A stretch of 64,000 nucleotides of DNA, taken from assembly GCA_000708835.1 (NCBI GenBank), contig DF237249.1, positions 1 through 64,000 of the forward strand, given 5' to 3'. Below the pieces are notes generated by a model. The model was given only the letters and a program-made list of their open reading frames with translations. It was not told the origin of the DNA and made no database searches. This document shows positions 35,736 through 48,500 of the stretch, piece after piece (within the stretch, counting starts at the first letter, position 1; each line of letters opens with the position of its first letter). The position numbers and the translations under genes are program-made. Source of the stretch: Klebsormidium nitens. Its lineage: Eukaryota; Plantae; Klebsormidiophyceae.

Positions 35736-36030
35736 GGCGACTCGAAGTTAAATCCCGGTTTCCGGTCCCCGACCGACCCAAAATCCGAAGGATTTTGGAA
35801 AAAATTAATAAATATAGGCAGCATTTTGGCCCAAGTTTTCCGATTTTGGGTCATTTTGGATTGAAAATAATGAAATCTGGGCCAAGAAATGAAGTTTTTG
35901 CCCCAAAAATATTCCATATTATTTCATATTTCAAACATACTAGCAAAAAACCAACTATTATTTCTTCCCGACCGACCGACCCACCCAAAAGGGGGTAGGA
36001 CCGGAACCCGGGAATTAAATTCGACCCGCC
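35736..36030. mobile_element. PIF/Harbinger (Tourist-like) MITE, 295 bp
   Basis: Imperfect TIRs of about 33 bp (ggcgactcgaagttaaatcccggtttccggtcc versus the reverse complement ggcgggtcgaatttaattcccgggttccggtcc). TTA target duplication at 35733-35735 and 36031-36033. AT-rich interior. Confidence 0.85.
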
Positions 36031-36331
36031 TTACCACAGTCAAGACCAACCGCTTGAGCCACCTGTGTTGAGCCGGTTTCTCAGCCGGTGGTTTGCCGTT
36101 GACACTGCTACAAGACTGCCACATAGGTAGGTAGCTTGTGACACGCTCTGGAGTCTGGAGAATCACATCAGTGTTCCACGGTCCACCAGGCTACTGACAC
36201 TGTACACAGCGGTAAACCTTGGTCAAAATCTAGCCTTCAGTTGCTTCAGCTTCAGAATCATCTGAACAGAGCAGCAGTATTGGCGTTCTGAAAGAGTCTA
36301 CCATTGGCCTTGGCATCTGGCCCCTCTCGAG

Positions 36332-39300
36332 ATGGCGCTTGTAAGGAGCATGAAGCAGTGCAGACCGCGAGACGTGACTTGGGCTCTCAGCTGTGCTACT
36401 TATCCAAAGCATCTTGAAATTGGACGATCATTGTCTTTGAAGTCAGTCCTGCAATCTGGATGCAGCAGAGAAGCATTGGCACTGCCGTGTACTTCTGTAA
36501 AGGAAAAGCTGGTGTATGCAAGAGCCGCCAGAACAAACCAACAGCTCACTTCATCAGGACTTCAAGCACATCTGCAAAGATTGGCAAGTCAGGCAATTGT
36601 CGCTCCCACAATTAAAGGGCCGACAAGGAACCGAATGCTTACAAGAAACTTGGTGTCAACAATTACCGAGGCGGTGAAGTCTAACGTGCTGCCCGAGACA
36701 AATAAGCAGCAGCCTGCCGAGAGCCCCCAAGCGTGTGGCACCATTTCAGCTGAGTGGAAGCTGTCAGAGGAGAAGGTGCAGCAGATTGACATGTTTGTGG
36801 ACCTGCTGCTAGATTGGAATCAGGTGAGCTGCGGTTCAATCATATTGTAGCATCGGGGATTCCTTGGTATGTTGCCTCCACTGTTCGGCGTCGTGTTGGC
36901 CTCTGTCCATCTGTCCACTTTTGGGTACGAATAGGTGGCGCTATAATTTTGCTGGTACAAAGGTTGACTCTCATCTATGCAACGTTGCATAATGGGAGTA
37001 CTTCCGCATCGTGAAACCTGCAATGGAGATACACCTGCTTCTGACCGAAAGACTTGGCTGTGAAGTGGTGCCGTTCCAATGGGAGTGGTGGTGCAATGGA
37101 GTAGGGCAAAGTTGTTTATATATTGTCGACCAGGATTCAAAATCAAGTGACCTCCTGTAGTATAATGGAGGTGTGGCCCTGAGTCAGTCTGCACAACAAT
37201 CAATGTTGATCCAAAGAAGCGTGGCGATCTAAACATACAGTCTGGCTGCTTCCAATTGAGCTTGTAACATGCTGCATGTGACCTGCTTTAGTGCACAAAC
37301 CCGACCACAAATCCTGTCAATCTCTCCTTTTCAGAAGTTTCTACTCTTCTATCACTTGTTGGACCGTCACCGTCCTTCCTTCTAATGGGATTCTCAGATC
37401 TCCCACATCCTTCATTTCCTTTCGCAGCGCATGAACCTGACTGCCGTCACCGAACGCGATGCAGTCATGGACCGCCACATCGGCGACTCTCTTGCCCTTC
37501 TTCCGGTGATTGAGCGCGCTTTGTCTGAACATGCCATCAACCAGGGACGCCTCACGTCGGCCAAGCCGCAACCCCTCAGCTCATCCACCGAATCCACCCT
37601 CTTGCCCAACGTCGGCCCTTTATTGCTAAACGTCGATCCTTTAGAGGCCAGCAGCTTGGAATTTACAAAGGGCTTTTCCCTTGCCAATGGACGGACGAAG
37701 CAACCTGTCAAACAAAAGCAGCAACTCAAAGCGGACAGCGAAAAAGGTGCAGAAGAGGCCCCCGCAGGAGTTGCAGGCGGTGTGAACAGGCTCCGAGTGG
37801 TGGACGTGGGAACGGGGGCCGGGCTGCCGGGGCTAGTGTTTGCAATCGTGCGCCCGGAATGGGACCTGATCCTTGTGGAGTCCCTGCGAAAACGGTGCAA
37901 CTTCTTGGAGCACGTGGTCAAAGAGGTGAGCTGCGGAAGTGTCAAATGACCCCTTGAAGCTAGACGCAAAACGCGGTTTGGTTCGTTTGTCGGTACGCTT
38001 TTGTGTTTGAACACGACTGTGCCTCTCATTCTTGTATTGTGGATTGTTTGGAAGGTTGCTTGTTTGGGACTCATCAATTGAAACCGATCTTAGAACCGAT
38101 GGAAGGAAAACGCATTCGCTTTGGCAAACTCTTTGGGACTCAGTTCTGTCATCCCTCTGCGGAAGCGACAGTTCAGATTGTCGTCTTGAACCAACTCGGT
38201 CACACTGATGGAAGCAGACCTAAAGTTCCTGTTGTTGTGGGTATGATGCCTTTTCCATAACGTCAGCTTCCAATATCTTGATTCCACCTTGTGATTGTCA
38301 AACATGGCTTGCATACGACTGCCTCCGTGTCTGTCCCGCCTCCATATAATCGATCAAAGAGTTGGGAAATTCGAATCGCGGTACTTGAGACGAAGCCCGG
38401 AAACAAAGCTGCACCGAAGACGCCTAGCGCCGGAAACCTTGTATTCGCAGCAAGGGCCGAGCGATTTGCCTCCGCGGCCAAGATGCTTCAGCATTCGGGA
38501 TGCTTCAGGATTCACAATGCTTCGATCAAAATTCCGATCGCTTCTCACCACATACCCACTCAAACGGAGCATGCAATGCAACATATGGAGCTCATTCTTG
38601 CAAGCTGCGGTCACTAGCATCGTAATCGTGAACCCCTCTCCAAGTGATCATGTTGGTCTTCGCATATAAAAAGGAAATTTGTCCTCATAAACTGGTTTTG
38701 ACTTGACTCCGCAGGCAGGTTTGAAAAACGTGACCGTCGTCTGGGGCCGCGCCGAGGACACCGCCCGGCTCCCCAACATGCGCGCGAGTGCTGACGTGGC
38801 AGTGGCACGTGCCGTTGCGGACCTCCGCGTCCTGGCGGAGCTGTGCATCCCGTACGTCCGAAAAGGGGGGCTGTTTGTAGCGGCAAAAGGGCCCAACCCC
38901 GAGGAAGAGGTTGCGGCGGCTGCGGGGGCGATCGGCGTGCTTGGGGGAAAACTGTTGGGCGTCGAACGAGGTGAAAAATGCAGTTGCCTCTGTTTTCTGT
39001 CCTTTAGCTTTTTGATCCCTAGAATCCCTAAAAATCTCGCCCTTCTTTCCTGCCGAGATTCTACTTCGCTTCCCTCTTCTACGAGTTGAGCAAGTCTGAG
39101 GCCCTCTTTGAAAACCGGGTTGAGCCTTGAGTCCGCTCGCAGCGTACCGGTGAGAGGTTCCCGCTTCTGAAGGTCTTTTCTGATGTCCATTGGAGAGCGT
39201 CAAACGACTGATCGAATGTCGATCCGTCCGACTCGTTTGAGCTCCACCGCCTCTTTCAAACCTGCGCGCACTGCTTGGAGGCCCGATGGCGCCCCTCAGA

Positions 39301-39622
39301 AAAAAGAGGTTGTCCTTTGATCGGTGCATGGTCAAGGGTTGCCTCCCTTTCCTGTCTGCGAAAGGAAACGGCTTCTTTGAATCCGCACTACGATCGAATC
39401 ACGCATGTCTTATTGGTGGATTCGAGACGGCTGCTTGAAAGGCGCCTCCTTCCATCCAAACTCCCCTCCCCCTTTCATCTGATTATGAATCTACCGACTC
39501 GTTCTGCAGTTGCTTCCACCGGACCTGGCGGTCAGCGCACGGCCGTCGTCTGCTTGAAGGAGAAAGCGACCCCGGCGAAGTACCCCCGACGGGCTGGCGT
39601 TCCCACCAAGAGCCCCTTATAG
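36332..39622 (+). CDS. rsmG: 16S rRNA (guanine-N7) methyltransferase RsmG/GidB, probably organelle-targeted; exons 36332-36823, 37428-37925, 38715-38970, 39510-39622
   Basis: LLLDWNQ|RMNLTAV...RHIGDSL, VVDVGTGAGLPG (SAM motif), LVESLRKRCNFL, GRAED, ARAVADL, KG, and C-terminal TPAKYPRRAGVPTKSPL. Splice phases are consistent. Confidence 0.93.
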
Positions 39623-41228
39623 CCCCCGGCGTAAATCGACCGGTCACTCGAAACCTTTTTTCCCCCGAGCGCCTCTCTTGCGCTCAATTTCGATCTTAAG
39701 AGGAACCATAGGTCAATCGGCTGTAACTTGCTCGATGCGTGGGACAGGGGCAGATTCTCTACTTCAGGGGGGACAGAAAAGCCGAGCAAGCGCACTTGAA
39801 CCTACGTTGGGTGTCAATGTTGGGTCGTGGCTCCCATCGGCATTGCCCCGGACAGAGGGTATGGACTGGAAAAGGTCAGCGGAGCTTTTCCTTCCAAGGA
39901 AGAGCTAACAAGGGCCGACGAGCCGCCAAGACAGAGTGGCACGTGCATGAGCAGACACGGACAGCCGGACCTCTTCATTATCCAAAAGCAGTGCACAACA
40001 AGGAGAGTTCTCAGGTAGCAGCAGATCAGCGGGCCATGCGGGCTTCAAATCCTCGGGACATAGCTCTCTAGGCCTACAGCCCGCTATGAAGTTAGATTAT
40101 TGTGTCCAAGATTGTTGACTGACATTGAGGAGCTAGATTCCCCCGTGGCGTGGTGCACGAGCTTGCCCTGCAGAGCTAGACTCTCGCATGAGCGGCTATA
40201 GGCTGTTGAAGCACACTGACTTGCAAGGGCTGAAACGTATTGGTTTATTGTGTGTAGGTGGGGTGAATGAGGACAACGGTATGAACCGGGAGCCTTGATG
40301 CATACAACTTAAGCAACCGAAGGTCAGGGTCACGCGCATTAGATTCCTGCCAAGTCAAGAGATAAAATTCCTAGAGCATGCAGCTCTGCCAGGCGAGCTA
40401 CCGTCCTTGCATGCTTCTACGTTGATCGATCTCTCCGTGCATTGGCCTCATAATTCATAGCCATATGCGCAGATTTGAAAACAATCACAGTGCGCACATT
40501 CTGTGATCATCCGGGTGCTGAAACCTATAGGTGGATAGCTCCTCATACTACTAAAAATAACATCATGCTGCAGTGCTGCAGCCGGATCATTATCGAGGGG
40601 ATCAATCGACTTATTCCGTATACAATATTGCTGCTCATTGAGTGCGCCGCCCGGCGCGCCGCGGACGTGCCCGGATCATCATGCCACCGTCGGTCGTGCG
40701 CATATGTACGTCCGCACAGATTATTGAGCCAAATACTGGCGCGCAATTTCGTATGCAAAGTAGAATCTGATCGACCTATCATCGCCGCGCGGGCCGCCGC
40801 GCACATTGCCACATTGTCGAACTCGAACATGACCATTGCGCTTCATATAGGCAATCTTCCTGCCTCCCGCGTCACAGCTACAAGGTTGAAGTACAGACTT
40901 GAAATGAGGAAAAACCTTGGATTGATGCCCTGCTAGGAACATCGTGAATCGAATATCGATTCTGTTCGGTACAGGTCAATTGTTGGAAGAAAATAGTATT
41001 TACCTAAGATATACAATAATCTATAATGTCTCAGCTTGCTACAGTTGATGTAATCCGGTATTTGAAAACTCGCAGATAGCTCCTCAAATCCACCGCTGTC
41101 TTAGAGACGCACGGCCCTTTGACCCTCTTCCAGATTTTACACTCACATGGACGGTCAAAGCAAACACTTTCGGAAACTATCTGAGCGCGCAGTACCTCCT
41201 CCACTAACCCGACCCTAGATGGTTAGTC

Positions 41229-44200
41229 TTAACCCTCACCGGCCAGCGTCATGACGGCTTCAAAGCCCAAAAAGGTGACCGCACCAACGGGAATCGACCG
41301 CAAGATGGTCGGCGCTGCACCAACACAAGAAACAATTGATCAGCGCTCAGTAAACTTCGAGGAAACAGCATGTCAGGCCCAAATAAACCGGATAATAATC
41401 ACTCCAAGCTTGGACTGTCGGAAAGTGCAGTGCAACATCGCAAAATATACAACAGACATTGTATTTTTGGCAGGATGGAGCTAAAGAGGGTCAAACTCTG
41501 TTCTATAAGTTGAATCGATCCTGTCACGAGTAGGTTGCTATGAAACCAAAGACGTAAAGTCTCGAGTTTGCTCCAAGAGTAAAGTGCTAAGACTTGCTGG
41601 CATCCTTTTCATACTTCGATCCATCAGAACAGCAATCGTGCAAAAATCCCACTCGTACTCGCCGAAAGTAGATTCATCAGACTAGTCGCACCTCCACGAA
41701 ATACACGCCTTATTCCCCACTACGAACAAGCAACCAGAGGGTGCAAGAGCGCCTTTAGAAATCGCAAACGACGCTCACTTGTGCGACAACAGGAGTGATG
41801 TACACTTACTTTTACACTTCTGCTGGTCGAAAAGTCGCTAGCGAAAGGGAACAACTCACCAAAGCCCTTGAAGAACACCCCGACTCCCCCGCTCTTGTAC
41901 GAGTTGATCGCACACTGCACCATGCCAACCGGCTGCTGGATTGGTTTCGACCGCAACCGCTCGCCGCTCGTCGCCGGCCCCCCCGCGACGGCGAGGACGG
42001 GGCTGGGGTTATGTGCTGGGATGATTTCTTGAGACTGGAGCCGCGATTTGATCACATCCAGGGGGTACGTCAGGGCCCAGCTGGCAGCGCCGCACACACT
42101 CCCGGCCTGCAGAGAAAGCGAGAGTCTTAGAAAAAAATAATTGGATGGAATTTGATATACTTCTTGCTGCTTATCTCTTTAACGTTATACACGATATCTT
42201 TAGGCGCATAGGAGGTCTTGGGAGACTGCTTTGCAATCATTCGGGGCGGCTCGACATTCTGACGTTTCGGATGCTCGGGCGTTTGGGGTTTGACGTTTCG
42301 AAATGGACCGATTAAAGATAATCCCCACAGTACCAACGCAATCCTTCGCCTGACGATACTTCGTACATGCCTGGCACTAGAGGTCCCCCTGACGGGTTAA
42401 GAAAGGCCAATTTCGACGGGACATCCAAGCAGCGCATTGTTCCTCTTGAAATTGCACCGAAGCTGAAGGCTCGAAATTCATAAGAGAGGGAACCGTTTGC
42501 CGTATGCAAGAGCAGCATGAAACAGCTAGCGTGCGGCTCAGAACAAGTACCCCTCCAATACGGAATTCGCCAACTTGTTAGAATCGTGCGGTTCGCCATC
42601 ACTAAACAAGCGGGTTAAGGGGCGGGCAAACGTCAAACTCACAATCATGGTCCTGATCGGGCTCATCTGGCACCCGGGGGTTTCTGACGCCGGCGTCAGC
42701 GCGCGACACGTGCCCTCGTAGAACGAAAAGTAGATGGCAAACGCGAGCGAGTCCCGGAGCGCCGTCGTCCAAAACCCGCGATACAAACCGTGAAGCCCCC
42801 CTATCCGATAAATGTGCTTGGCGCATTCTACGGGCCCCGTAAACCCGGTGCCGAGGGCGCCTTTGACCGGCTTTTTCGTCGTTTCTTGCTGCATTTGTAG
42901 CTTGATTTTGACGAGCTCTGCGGCGAGAAGGAGGACGAGTCTGGTGTCAGAGGCATAAACTTTCACCTTGTGAGAGATCTCAAAAATTGCGTTCGAGCTT
43001 GCGAGAGGGGCTCCATTGTCCATGGGAGATATCTACAGTACGAGACAACGAGCCCCCGCTGATCCTGAGACTAAGCTGGCTGTTTGTGGCGACTGGACTC
43101 TTCAGCTGAGCTACTTAACTAAGTTAATCTGCACCAACAAGTGCAACGGATTATGAGCCCGATAAATCGCCCAGGATTCCTTAGCAGCTACACAACTCCA
43201 AAACCCCACCTGTCAGGATTCCAGAACTGGCAGACTGCTCAAAAGTTGGACCGGAGCTTAGCAACAGTCCGTTCCCTAGTATCAACAATCCAGAAAAACG
43301 TCTCGAGCTCTACCCTTCTGCCTCTCACCTGTTGGCGTGGATATGAAGCAGTTTGCGAACCCTGCAAACCCCCCCGCTAGGGCGACTTGATGCAATGGTT
43401 GCTGGGAGTAATTTGTGATGCTGCCTGAGCCCCCTTCTAAACTATATATCGCTCTTCGTGCGGCCCCATAGGCGCCAAAACAGATGGCCTGGATTGGGAC
43501 ATTTCCGACTACAGGGCTCGCCAAACCTTTAAATAGCCCACGCGCCTGTAGACATTGTGAGAAAAAGTTCAAGGCCCGTTGTAATATTCAATAGTTGAGA
43601 AAGTATAAGACCTCAAAAGAACATCAGGGTGAAGCTGTGAGCAAGCTCAGCAAAAAAGATAACACGGACATGAGCTTGATTACACAGGGCCCTCTCGGAT
43701 TGTGACCGGCACCAGCTTTCCTGGTTATGAAGCACTGACAGCATTTAAAACCCTTTGCTCGGAGGGCCTAGTAAGGTTCCAACAATGCAATCTAGCAGGG
43801 ACATCTCTCACCAACAAAAGAACAGTTTAGAGAAGAACCAGAACTTGAATAGGAGGCACATACACTCACCCCTTCCTTTTGCAGGGTCCTCTTTAGACAG
43901 TCCATTGGCCCCTTGTATAGTCCGGCGCCTGAAGTGGACGCCTCACCCGCTGACCTCGCAGCTGACGCCACGCTGACATCAGGCTGGGTTTGCAACCGGA
44001 CCTGCCCAACAGAACAAAGCTACCGAGATTCAGGAGAATACATAGGAGCTAAGGAGAACGAGGACAGCTAGGCTGCCATGGCAACTTGAAGGCAATCTCC
44101 AGCTGCACGAAAACGTGTGTGCCAAAAGGGTTTGGCTAGCCAACAGCTGCTACAAGTGATAGGACGGGCTCAGAAAGGGGGCTTCTGAGAGCGGTAAGAT

Positions 44201-44651
44201 TGCAAAAAACCTATATTAGGGTTCAGAGATTAGGGTTTGCAAGGCGTTGACTATTGAGGAAGTAGATTTCAGGTTTCGAAAGGTTCATGAACCCAAGAGC
44301 CAGGGTCTTACATTTTTGAGCGATCCACCTTGGCTTTTAGGACGAACCGCCAATACACCGATGAGCGCAATCGTTATTCGGGTCACCACTTATGCACTTC
44401 AGCAATCAAACAGAGAGCAGTCTAGAAGTCAGCACTCTGCAAGACTGACTCAGACACTCCTGCCAGGACAGCAAAAGAGACTATTTGCTCTGTCAACTTT
44501 TCTCTGAAACGAACTTGGACCATCCTGAGAAAGATGACAGCATCAAACAAGAAAAAGGGACCCAGCGGCTCACCTTTATCAAGTCAAATGGATGCCCCAC
44601 AACGATCCCTGCGCATCCACCCACAGTCCCAGCCACAAAGTCCAGAGCCAT
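41229..44651 (-). CDS. Mitochondrial carrier family protein (BAC2 / carnitine-acylcarnitine / SLC25A29-like), 6 exons
   Basis: MALDFVAGTVGGCAGIVVGHPFDLIK|VRLQ and three Px(D/E)xxK signatures (HPFDLIK, TPTELVK, YPLDVIK), plus GLFKG, GLYRG and VFFKG. Ends FLGFEAVMTLAGEG*. Confidence 0.92.
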
Positions 44652-45141
44652 CTTTCTGGGCCAGTCAAGACTGTCTAATCTTGACCCTTATGAAAGCTGA
44701 ATCAGCATCCTAGGTTTTACAGATGAACATGACATTGGGGTGCAGTTTGCAGCGCTGCTTAGATGTGCATTCATTTACTGGATATGTTTACGTAGCATGC
44801 CAGGACTTCCTCCGCTTGAGTTTCACAGCCCCAATGCTTCTAATGCAGGGCATTCGCCAGTGGAAGGATTACTGCAGACCCCGCCCCCTCTGACGCACCC
44901 TGTGTGATCGATGACCAACCAGCAAGCTCGATTCACCAATAGTACGGTATCCTGGACCTTCTGCGGCGCCAAAGCTTCAATCCAGGAGTCTTTTGACGGC
45001 CTCTGACGCTGCCACAGGCAAAGAGGAGGGGCGCCTTCCGACCACCATTGCGCCCACGATTGCTGGCAAGATCCTCGGCTGGGAGGAGGTTTTCAATTCA
45101 CCGCGTCTGGCTGAGCTGGCAGCGGGCCGTTGTGAAGAGAT

Positions 45142-45151
45142 GCCACGTGGC
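45142..45151. promoter_or_regulatory. Perfect palindromic G-box (GCCACGTGGC) between the divergent carrier and CBR genes
   Basis: Motif seen directly in the 920-bp head-to-head interval. Function not shown. Confidence 0.35.
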
Positions 45152-45571
45152 GACCCGTAAGTCTCAAAATTCTATAGGTCCAATTTGGCGGGAAGCCGGC
45201 GGCCGCTCCGGCCCGCGGCCGCGAGAAACGCAATTGTCTTACCATTTCCGAGCGGTAATGACTTTGATTGAGGCATTTGCTCTAGTCTAGTTCGGCCTTG
45301 CGAGCGCTGGTCCAGCTTGCTGGACTTCTCCAGCTTCAGCCTTCACGGTTCACCACGGATGTCACCAGCGTTTTCAGCGACTTTGCATCGACTCGATCAC
45401 ACTGACAGCGTAGAGCTTGAAGGTTCGAAGAGAGGGGTTGCACCCAGTTGCACCTGCGAATGATCCGCTGCTCTTCACAAAGCTGGTTCTGTGTTTAGAT
45501 CTAGCAAAACCGATAAGTTTCTCACTCCGACACAGCTGGTAGACTTTTCTTGCTGAAAGCGGTGCCGCATC

Positions 45572-48500
45572 ATGACTGCTAAGGAGGAGATTCTTCAGAG
45601 TCTCCGTGATGCAACTGGGCTGCAATTGTCCGATGACCATCTGACGATCCTCATTGCTTCCGCGGTGGTGTTCCTGACGGCTCTCTTTGTGTGGGCGCTG
45701 ACTCCACGAAAGGCAAAGCGCAAGTGTAAGGGTCATCAGATCTGACAATCTGACCTCCTTAGCATGTCATCCGACGTATCGTTCCGGGTTGGAGCGAAGC
45801 GCCGATAAAAGGGTCGAGAACCAGATGAATTCTTGAAAGATCCTACTGCAGCAAGGTGCAGATTGTTGCATTCGCTGGTGATACTTACAGTTTCTGTGCC
45901 CCAGAACGGGACTCTTCGCAGAGTGTGATACCTTGAATCCTGCGCTTAGCTGGGATTTGTGTTTGTCAGCTCAAGAACCGCCGCAAGACAAGGATGATTG
46001 ATGCTGCTTCATTATTCCTCCATTGGCACTGACAAATGAGCCGTGTCGTTAGGATGATCCAAGTCACCAAGAGTCAGGTGCGGTAGTCAGGCATTAACGA
46101 GCGGTCAGTAGTTTGTGGTTAAGAGGGTGCTCTGATCTGGGTGTCAATGCCACTCACTTCACTTCTCCGGTCACTCTTGGATTCTATTTGAGACCTAGCA
46201 AATAAGTTACATAATCACTTCAAAGCTGGGCTACATAAAGTATGTCACTCGCTTTGGTGCTCAAGGCAAGCACTTGAGCTCTGACTCAAACCCACAGATT
46301 GCCAGGAAACTCATGTAAATGCAGCAGTGACCGGGGTCAGTACTCAATCAAGTTTTGCTACCAACAAAATGAATCCTGATTTTCTTACCAACAGACGCTC
46401 CACCACCCAAAAACAGTACAGGAAATTTCTGCTTTTAAGGCAGTGTAGCTGTTTCTGCCCCTTGTGATTGCTTTTCAGGCCCCATCGGCTGAAAGCCTCC
46501 ATAATCCGGCCAGTGGTGTCAAAGGAAGGGTTTTTTAGTGGTGTCAAAGAAAGGGTTTTTGGCGGCGTCAAAGAAACGAATACGGCGGTCTGAAAGAGAA
46601 TGTTTTTAGTGGTGTCAGTGGTCAACTCAAGTACCCTGCATTAAAAAAGTCGAGCCCTTGTTCCAGGTTCTAAAAGAGTGCTTCTGGGCCCATCGACAGC
46701 TGGCGATGCAAAGTATCTGCCGTTGACAGCTGTCAGCGCTTGTTCCGTGCAGATGCCCTTGACCCCGAGTCGTGGACCAAGTTTCAGATGGTCAAAAAGG
46801 AGCACGTCAGCCACAACTCACGGCGCTTCCGGTTCGCTCTCCAAACAGAGGAGACGATACTTGGCCTGCCGATCGGCCAGCACATCTCAATACAGTAAGG
46901 AACATGAACCCGTTGCCCAGATCTTTTTGCATCATGTGGCAAAATGCCGACGGTGGTCGATGCAGTGTCCGAAGATGGTAGGTCATCGGCGATCCATGCA
47001 TTGGGCAGTGTGCACAGGGTGTCCAACTTTCTGGGCTCTGGTTAAAATTCTGTGGATGCTTTGGTCCAAAGCAGAGGAAAGCCCGACTCGAATTTATGAA
47101 GAGTCTCTTAGATGCCTTCCTGTATCATAGATCATTCAAGACTCGTACAGGCTTAATGTCCAATTCTTGCCTTCACCATGGTGCACGGCAATAGCAGGAG
47201 CATCTGGGGTTGTCTGCAGGCGAGAAACTACATGCCCAGTGTTTTGCTGGGGCTCAGTGTCCCAGGTCTATGTCAATGAGAGCAGTTTGCATGTTTGCCT
47301 GGTTATGTAACAACTCGGTCCGTTGCATCTTCCAGGGGGGTAGATGAGGAGGGCAAAGAGTTCAGCCGCCCATACACGCCCACAACGTTGGACGACGATG
47401 TTGGCCACTTCGAGCTCGTCATCAAGGTACGACAAAAACGCCGAAACTTCAGACGTCGTGTTAGACCCACACTTTCCTGGGCCCTGAGTTTTTGAAAGGG
47501 GCGCAATGAGACTCGATGACGCAACAGGAATACTGTTGGCCTGTTAGATGTGGCCTGGCAGCTGTAACAGTAATAGCCTTTGGGCCAACGATCTGTCAAT
47601 CTCCTCTCCGCGAGCATCTTTGTTCGCTTTACATATCGGAGTCCTACAAGACCATTACGAACCACCTTGACCGCCTGGATTCGTGCACAAGGGCGCACGG
47701 ATTTAATCTGAAGAAGACATGAGTGGTGACCTTCAATCCTTCCGCCTCAAGCGACCCTCACGTTCAAAGTTCTGTTAACGGCTGCCCGACTGCTTGAGCA
47801 GAATCGGAACCTCAAACGCTGAAACAAGTCCATCCCCAACTGGACAGGCCAGATTGGTGGGCCCGACCCTGCTTCTTGTGACCTTTTCCGGCTTGTTGAT
47901 GCATCCGCTTTTAGTGAAACACTCGTCCATCATTTGTGCAGGTGTATCCGCAGGGGAAGATGTCGCAATGCCTGGAGAAGCTGTCTGTCGGAACGTACGT
48001 TCCGTTCAAGGGGCCGAAGGTGGGGGCACCGTGACGTTGCTCGCCGACGCCTGTTTGTTCCTGTTGATTCTGAAATAAGGTTTACTTTTATCTTCGCTCC
48101 AATCACGCAAAAGTGCGCTTTTTTACCCAGTTCACGGACTGGTGCTCATGTATGGCTGGCCAGTCCGCCAAAAAAGTGCGTTTCGAAAGCTCTTCAAAGA
48201 CGTATTTGTGGAGGTGCTAGGCTACACGATACCCTCGGAGAGCCCAAAGCGAATGGCTTGGTTGGGAGCGCTTTTCTCAGCATGCTTTTGGTATCAAGTC
48301 AAAAGGGTGAAGAGAGGATGGGCCGTCGGCAATCCTATCAAAATAGATCGAAGCACCATCGCGGGCTCTTGTGCGCGAACGTCTTCTTGGGTTCGGAATA
48401 AAGCTTTTGGGGCCTCACAAAAGGAGAGTCAACGTTTGCAATGTCGCTTGATTCATCCCTCCTCACGGAAGGAGACTCAACGTTTGCAACGTCGCTTGAT

